This document shows, piece by piece, positions 60,006-64,000 of a stretch of DNA of 64,000 bases (position 1 is the stretch's first letter; each line of letters opens with the position of its first letter). The notes under the pieces are model-generated. The model did not search any database. It was not told the DNA's origin and worked only from the letters and a program-made list of their open reading frames with translations. Source of the stretch: a virus. The DNA lies in IMG/VR virus record IMGVR_UViG_3300006925_000014, positions 3,008 to 67,007 of that record. The stretch is one strand, 5' to 3'. The translations under genes were made by a program, and so were the position numbers.

Positions 60006-60232
60006 AGAGATATTCTCTTAAAGGATTTATTGAGGTAGTTGAAAGAGCAGACATTATCTATGGTCAGGTAACACTTAATGCAGCAGATAGAGTTACTGCT
60101 CGTATTAAAAAGAAAACTCTTTTAGCAAGTCTCAAAGCAATTAGGAAACCTTCTCTTTATCAGGAAGAAATTGGATACTATGGTGATTTTCAATTTGATC
60201 ATAAAGGCCGCAAGATACTAAAGGTACTATGA
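60002..60232 (+). CDS. Hypothetical protein
   Basis: 76-aa ORF overlapping the gp47 stop. Confidence 0.6.
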   Translation: MKRYSLKGFIEVVERADIIYGQVTLNAADRVTARIKKKTLLASLKAIRKPSLYQEEIGYYGDFQFDHKGRKILKVL

Positions 60233-60816
60233 TGGAAATAAAAAATTTTTTAGATAATGATATTTTTTCAGAATTTTTTAAAATTGCATATATAATCGAT
60301 TCATCTTCAACTCTTCCGTGTTTAAAAAACAACTGGTATTACACTAGTGATGGTAAACGTGGAAATATCACAAGATTTTACACAGTAACTAAAGAAAGTG
60401 ATAATGTTCTAGAGCAAGAGTTTCACCCTGAATTTGAAAAAGATATTCAAGAACAAATATATTTTTGTTTAAAAAAGGTTTTAGAAAATTATTCTGACAA
60501 GATAGAACAAGCTGGAAAATCTATGGTTGGTAAAAATTTTGATATAGGGGAAACTAAAATTGAATTCCAATACACAGATACTCTTAAATCTCACCGTCCA
60601 CATAAACATGATGAAGATTTAAATGGCACGATTTATGTCTATCCAAAAGAGGCAAAAGGTACAATATTTTTTGAAATGGACCATGAACATATTATCCCTT
60701 GGGAAATGAATAAATGTTGTTTTCATACAAAAAACATTTTACACACTTTCGAAAATGATTCGGAATATAATAAAAGATTTACTATAAACTTTTTTGTGAA
60801 TAAAAAGGTGCTATAA
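60229..60816 (+). CDS. 2OG-Fe(II) oxygenase-like protein
   Basis: HKHDE (HxD), GTIYV, GTIF, W..N, HTF and R.TIN motifs; AT-rich. Confidence 0.65.
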   Translation: MMEIKNFLDNDIFSEFFKIAYIIDSSSTLPCLKNNWYYTSDGKRGNITRFYTVTKESDNVLEQEFHPEFEKDIQEQIYFCLKKVLENYSDKIEQAGKSMVGKNFDIGETKIEFQYTDTLKSHRPHKHDEDLNGTIYVYPKEAKGTIFFEMDHEHIIPWEMNKCCFHTKNILHTFENDSEYNKRFTINFFVNKKVL

Positions 60817-61076
60817 TGACAGAAGATATTTTTGACTTTGGTTTTACCGCAGTTTCAGAAGAAGAATTAGAAGTTGTTCAAAAGACTGCTGCAAGCGCAG
60901 AAGAAGCTGCTGCTACAGCAACGTCTTATGAAGACAAACTAAACAAACTCTACAATGCCATCCTCCCACTTCTCTCTAACCTCAAACTTAACCCTGAAAA
61001 GGATTATATCTATTGGCCTAATCGCACAGCAAAAGTTGAACAATTTGAAGATATGATTGCTAATATTATCAAATAA
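60816..61076 (+). CDS. Conserved phage hypothetical protein
   Basis: FDFGFTAV.E.ELE and PLL.NLK.NPEKDYIYWPNR motifs. Confidence 0.7.
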   Translation: MTEDIFDFGFTAVSEEELEVVQKTAASAEEAAATATSYEDKLNKLYNAILPLLSNLKLNPEKDYIYWPNRTAKVEQFEDMIANIIK

Positions 61077-61082
61077 AACTAT

Positions 61083-61156
61083 GCGGGTATAGTATAATGG
61101 TATTATAGAAGCCTTCCAAGCTTATGATAGGAGTTCGATTCTCCTTACCCGCTCCA
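61083..61156 (+). tRNA. tRNA-Gly(TCC)
   Basis: Acceptor stem GCGGGTA/TACCCGC, T-arm AGGAG-TTCGATT-CTCCT, anticodon loop CT-TCC-AA, encoded CCA. Confidence 0.92.
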
Positions 61157-61208
61157 CTCTAACCCCTTCACCTGTAGGTATAATAACCTACTAAAAAGGA
61201 AAAATAAT

Positions 61209-62159
61209 ATGGACTATATTTCAATCTGGATGGTCGTAGGTTTTCTACTTGCATCCTACTCAGTAATCGCCAACGATTCTGTTCAGACGCTAGGAACATG
61301 GATCGCTTCAAATCAAAAAACAAACCGATTAATTATGTGGGGTGCAGCGTCAGCAGTCCTACTCTTTACTATCTGGTTCGGCTGGTACAGCAATGGGGGG
61401 GATATCTCCTACGGTCGACTCAACAAAATTCCTTTTCAGGAAATTCAATGGTATCATGCACTCGCTCCGGCAGTACTTCTTGTACTGACTAGGTTCGGTG
61501 TTCCTGTATCTACTTCATTCCTTGTACTGTCTGCATTTGCTTCAACGTTCATCTTGGAGAAAATGCTGGTTAAGTCTATTATGGGATATGCCATTGCTGC
61601 TGTATCCGCATACGGTATCTGGTTTATCATTAGTAAACTGTTAGACGAATCAGAACCTGTAAAAGATAATCATCGAAAATATTGGGTGGTTGCTCAGTGG
61701 GTAACTACAGGATTCCTCTGGTATACATGGCTCAGTCATGATATGGCAAATATTGCTGTGTTCCTACCACGGGTAGTCCCTATTGAAATGATGTTCGCAA
61801 TCTCTATCATCTTTGTAGCTGGTCTATATTGGATGTTTAGAGAGAACGGCGGACGAATTCAGAACGTTGTTATTAGTAAGCATAATACACGTTATGTTCG
61901 TTCCGCTACTATTATTGATTTGTTTTACTTCCTGATCCTCTGGATTTTCAAAGAAGTAAACGATATTCCAATGTCCACAACTTGGGTGTTCATTGGTCTC
62001 CTAACAGGACGTGAGTTGGCTATTGCTACATTCACTCAGAAGCGTAAGTTCAAGACAGTCTTCCCGCTTGTCGGTAAAGACTTCTTTAAGATGATGATTG
62101 GACTCGCCGCCTCTGTTGTGATTGTGGTTCTTATCCACTCATTCTTGCAACCTCAATAG
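61209..62159 (+). CDS. PiT/Pho4-like inorganic phosphate (anion) transporter
   Basis: Multi-pass hydrophobic protein; duplicated signatures IANDSVQTLGT/SHDMANI and PVSTS/PMSTT resemble PiT GANDxAN and PVSTTH. Confidence 0.65.
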   Translation: MDYISIWMVVGFLLASYSVIANDSVQTLGTWIASNQKTNRLIMWGAASAVLLFTIWFGWYSNGGDISYGRLNKIPFQEIQWYHALAPAVLLVLTRFGVPVSTSFLVLSAFASTFILEKMLVKSIMGYAIAAVSAYGIWFIISKLLDESEPVKDNHRKYWVVAQWVTTGFLWYTWLSHDMANIAVFLPRVVPIEMMFAISIIFVAGLYWMFRENGGRIQNVVISKHNTRYVRSATIIDLFYFLILWIFKEVNDIPMSTTWVFIGLLTGRELAIATFTQKRKFKTVFPLVGKDFFKMMIGLAASVVIVVLIHSFLQPQ

Positions 62160-62170
62160 AGGTACATCTG

Positions 62171-62204
62171 AAGGGGGAGTGTAAAAATTCCCTCTTTTTA
62201 TTTT
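62171..62204 (+). terminator. Probable intrinsic terminator
   Basis: AAGGGGGAGT-gtaaaa-ATTCCCTCTT stem (two G-U pairs) followed by a T-rich tract. Confidence 0.6.
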
Positions 62205-62233
62205 AAATATACTAAACAAGGAAACTGCAAACC

Positions 62234-63337
62234 ATGCTAAAGAAAATCTTTGCATCCCTCACCCTCTCTATTGCAACTGCAACTGCTGCATTTGCTGAAA
62301 CCAAAGTAGGGTTCATCTATGTAGGTCCGATTGGAGACCTTGGATGGACTTACCGACATGATGTTGGTCGTCTTGCTGTAGAAGAAGCCTATGGTGCAGA
62401 CGTGTCTACTACCTATCTGGAAATGGTCCCAGAAGGACCAGAAGCAGTTGAAGCCATTACACAACTGGCAGAAACTGGACACGATATTATTTTCACTACC
62501 TCTTTTGGTTACATGGACGCAACGAATGAAGTTGCTGCTAACTACCCAGACGTGGCTTTCGAGCATGCTACTGGTTATGTCCGTGATACTGATAACATGG
62601 CAACCTTCTCCGCACGATTCTATGAAGGTCGTGTAGTTCAAGGTTTCATTGCTGCTAATATGACTGAATCTAATAAGATTGGTTATATTGCATCTTTCCC
62701 TATTCCAGAAGTAGTGCGTGGTATTAACGCATTTATGCTGGAAGCACAGAAGCACAATCCAGATATTGAAGTAGAAATTATTTGGCTCTACACTTGGTTT
62801 GACCCTGCAAAAGAAGCAGCAGCCGCACAAGCATTGATTGATGAAGGTGCAGATATTATCGTACAGCATACTGACTCACCTGCACCTGTGCAGATTGCAG
62901 AAAAGAATGGCGTCTATGCATTTGGTCAGGCTTCGAATATGTCTCGGTTTGGTCCTAATGCGCACCTCGTTTCTATTGTAGATGATTGGGATACTTACTA
63001 TGTTGATCGTGTAGGTGAAGTAATGAACGGCACTTGGACTGGTGGTGATACTTGGTGGGGTTTCACTAAAGACGGTAAAGGTGGTGAAGTCGGCATGGTT
63101 GCACTTGAAAGTTACAACACAGCCGCAATGGGTGCAGGTCTTGTGCAGCAAGCACAGGTACTTGAAGCATCATTGGCAAATGGTGATCGACATGCATTCC
63201 CATGTGAAGGTCTGTTGAAGCAAGATGGTTCTGTTCCTGATGAGTGTGCTGCTGGTGCAGAACATTTGGATGACTGGCCAACTCTGCTGTCTATGGATTG
63301 GTATGTAGAAGGTATTGAAGCATCACTGCCGAACTAA
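62234..63337 (+). CDS. BMP-family ABC transporter substrate-binding protein (purine nucleoside-binding type)
   Basis: Signal peptide; KVGFIYVGPIGD.GWTY.HD.GR, TTSFGYMD, EHATGY, FPIPEV.RGINAF, WFDP.KE and QHTDS motifs. Confidence 0.9.
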   Translation: MLKKIFASLTLSIATATAAFAETKVGFIYVGPIGDLGWTYRHDVGRLAVEEAYGADVSTTYLEMVPEGPEAVEAITQLAETGHDIIFTTSFGYMDATNEVAANYPDVAFEHATGYVRDTDNMATFSARFYEGRVVQGFIAANMTESNKIGYIASFPIPEVVRGINAFMLEAQKHNPDIEVEIIWLYTWFDPAKEAAAAQALIDEGADIIVQHTDSPAPVQIAEKNGVYAFGQASNMSRFGPNAHLVSIVDDWDTYYVDRVGEVMNGTWTGGDTWWGFTKDGKGGEVGMVALESYNTAAMGAGLVQQAQVLEASLANGDRHAFPCEGLLKQDGSVPDECAAGAEHLDDWPTLLSMDWYVEGIEASLPN

Positions 63338-63342
63338 CCAAT

Positions 63343-63519
63343 TTGTATGTTGTCATCCATTATGATGACAAAGACTGGTGGGCGCCTCCTACAACGGTGT
63401 CCACCAGACTGCCTTACTATGAGGCAATGGATGAATATGATAGACTACAAAAGAATAGTGACCCAAATGACACATATCAGGTATTCATGGTAGATTGTAA
63501 AATAATTGGAAAAAAGTAG
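63343..63519 (+). CDS. Hypothetical small protein (TTG start)
   Basis: 58-aa open frame LYVVIHYDDKDWWAPP...; no clear RBS. Confidence 0.4.
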   Translation: MYVVIHYDDKDWWAPPTTVSTRLPYYEAMDEYDRLQKNSDPNDTYQVFMVDCKIIGKK

Positions 63520-63581
63520 TTGACATACCTTTCAGACTATGCAACTATAAAGCATAACCTCTTCACTGAAAGGAAAACAAA

Positions 63582-63761
63582 ATGACCAACATTCGTTATC
63601 CACACTACCTTGTTGAAGTCTTCAACAAAGCAGGTGAAGTGATTCATACAGAATATGAATACTCAGGTCATGCAGCATCAGATGAAGCGATGTATTACCG
63701 AAACAAGTATTGGGATAAGGTTGAGATTATCGTCTCCTACATTGCGAAAGAAGAGAAGTGA
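63582..63761 (+). CDS. Hypothetical small early protein
   Basis: AAGGA RBS; 59 aa starting MTNIRYPHYLVEVF; TTGACA at 63520 upstream. Confidence 0.65.
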   Translation: MTNIRYPHYLVEVFNKAGEVIHTEYEYSGHAASDEAMYYRNKYWDKVEIIVSYIAKEEK

Positions 63762-63769
63762 CATAAATG

Positions 63770-63810
63770 CAACACCCCCTAGAGAAATGCCTTTAGGGGG
63801 TTGTTTTTTT
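63770..63810 (+). terminator. Intrinsic terminator
   Basis: CCCCCTAGAG-aaatgc-CTTTAGGGGG stem followed by TTGTTTTTTT. Confidence 0.75.
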
Positions 63811-63858
63811 CTCAATAATGATTACATTAATAATGTAAGAGAAAAAAGGAATGAACTT

Positions 63859-64000
63859 ATGAAAATGACCGAGAATGTATTCAACCAACTGTCGCAAGAC
63901 TTTCACACTATTCTTACTGAATACTTCCGTTGTTCCATATCAGACGATCCTAAAGAAGCAATGCTAGATGCTTGGGTAGTTTTCAAGGAAGTATGGCAAC
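63859..64000 (+). CDS. Hypothetical protein, 3'-truncated by the window edge
   Basis: AAGGA RBS; MKMTENVFNQLSQDF... open to the window end. Confidence 0.55.
   Translation, partial: MKMTENVFNQLSQDFHTILTEYFRCSISDDPKEAMLDAWVVFKEVWQ

Noticed and set aside
63520-63551. Sigma70 promoter at TTGACA 63520
   Set aside because: The -35 is perfect but no good -10 lies at 16-18 nt spacing, so it was not called as a feature.

Overview
This window is a segment of a T4-like (Tevenvirinae-related) myovirus genome, probably marine and plausibly infecting an alphaproteobacterium (inferred from the BMP-family protein). All credible genes lie on the + strand. It covers the virion morphogenesis module: a split gp5 region with several peptidoglycan-hydrolase domains, baseplate gp25/gp6/gp7/gp9/gp8, a DUF4815 protein, a glycosyltransferase/oxygenase cassette, many fibre and adhesin genes, neck gp13-15, terminase gp16/17, gp18-gp23 and gp3. 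It continues into uvsY, uvsW, a homing endonuclease, gp55, gp47, tRNA-Gly, a PiT-like transporter and a BMP-family substrate-binding protein. The most striking unexplained signal is a strong enrichment of the dipeptide Asp-Ser (DS) in outward-facing virion proteins. It is confined to variable regions of the capsid and sheath and nearly absent from buried or non-virion proteins. Together with the glycosyltransferase cassette inside the structural operon, this suggests a sequon-directed virion modification system such as O-glycosylation. This is inference and untested. All family assignments come from motif recognition and synteny, not database searches, and all counts were made by hand.
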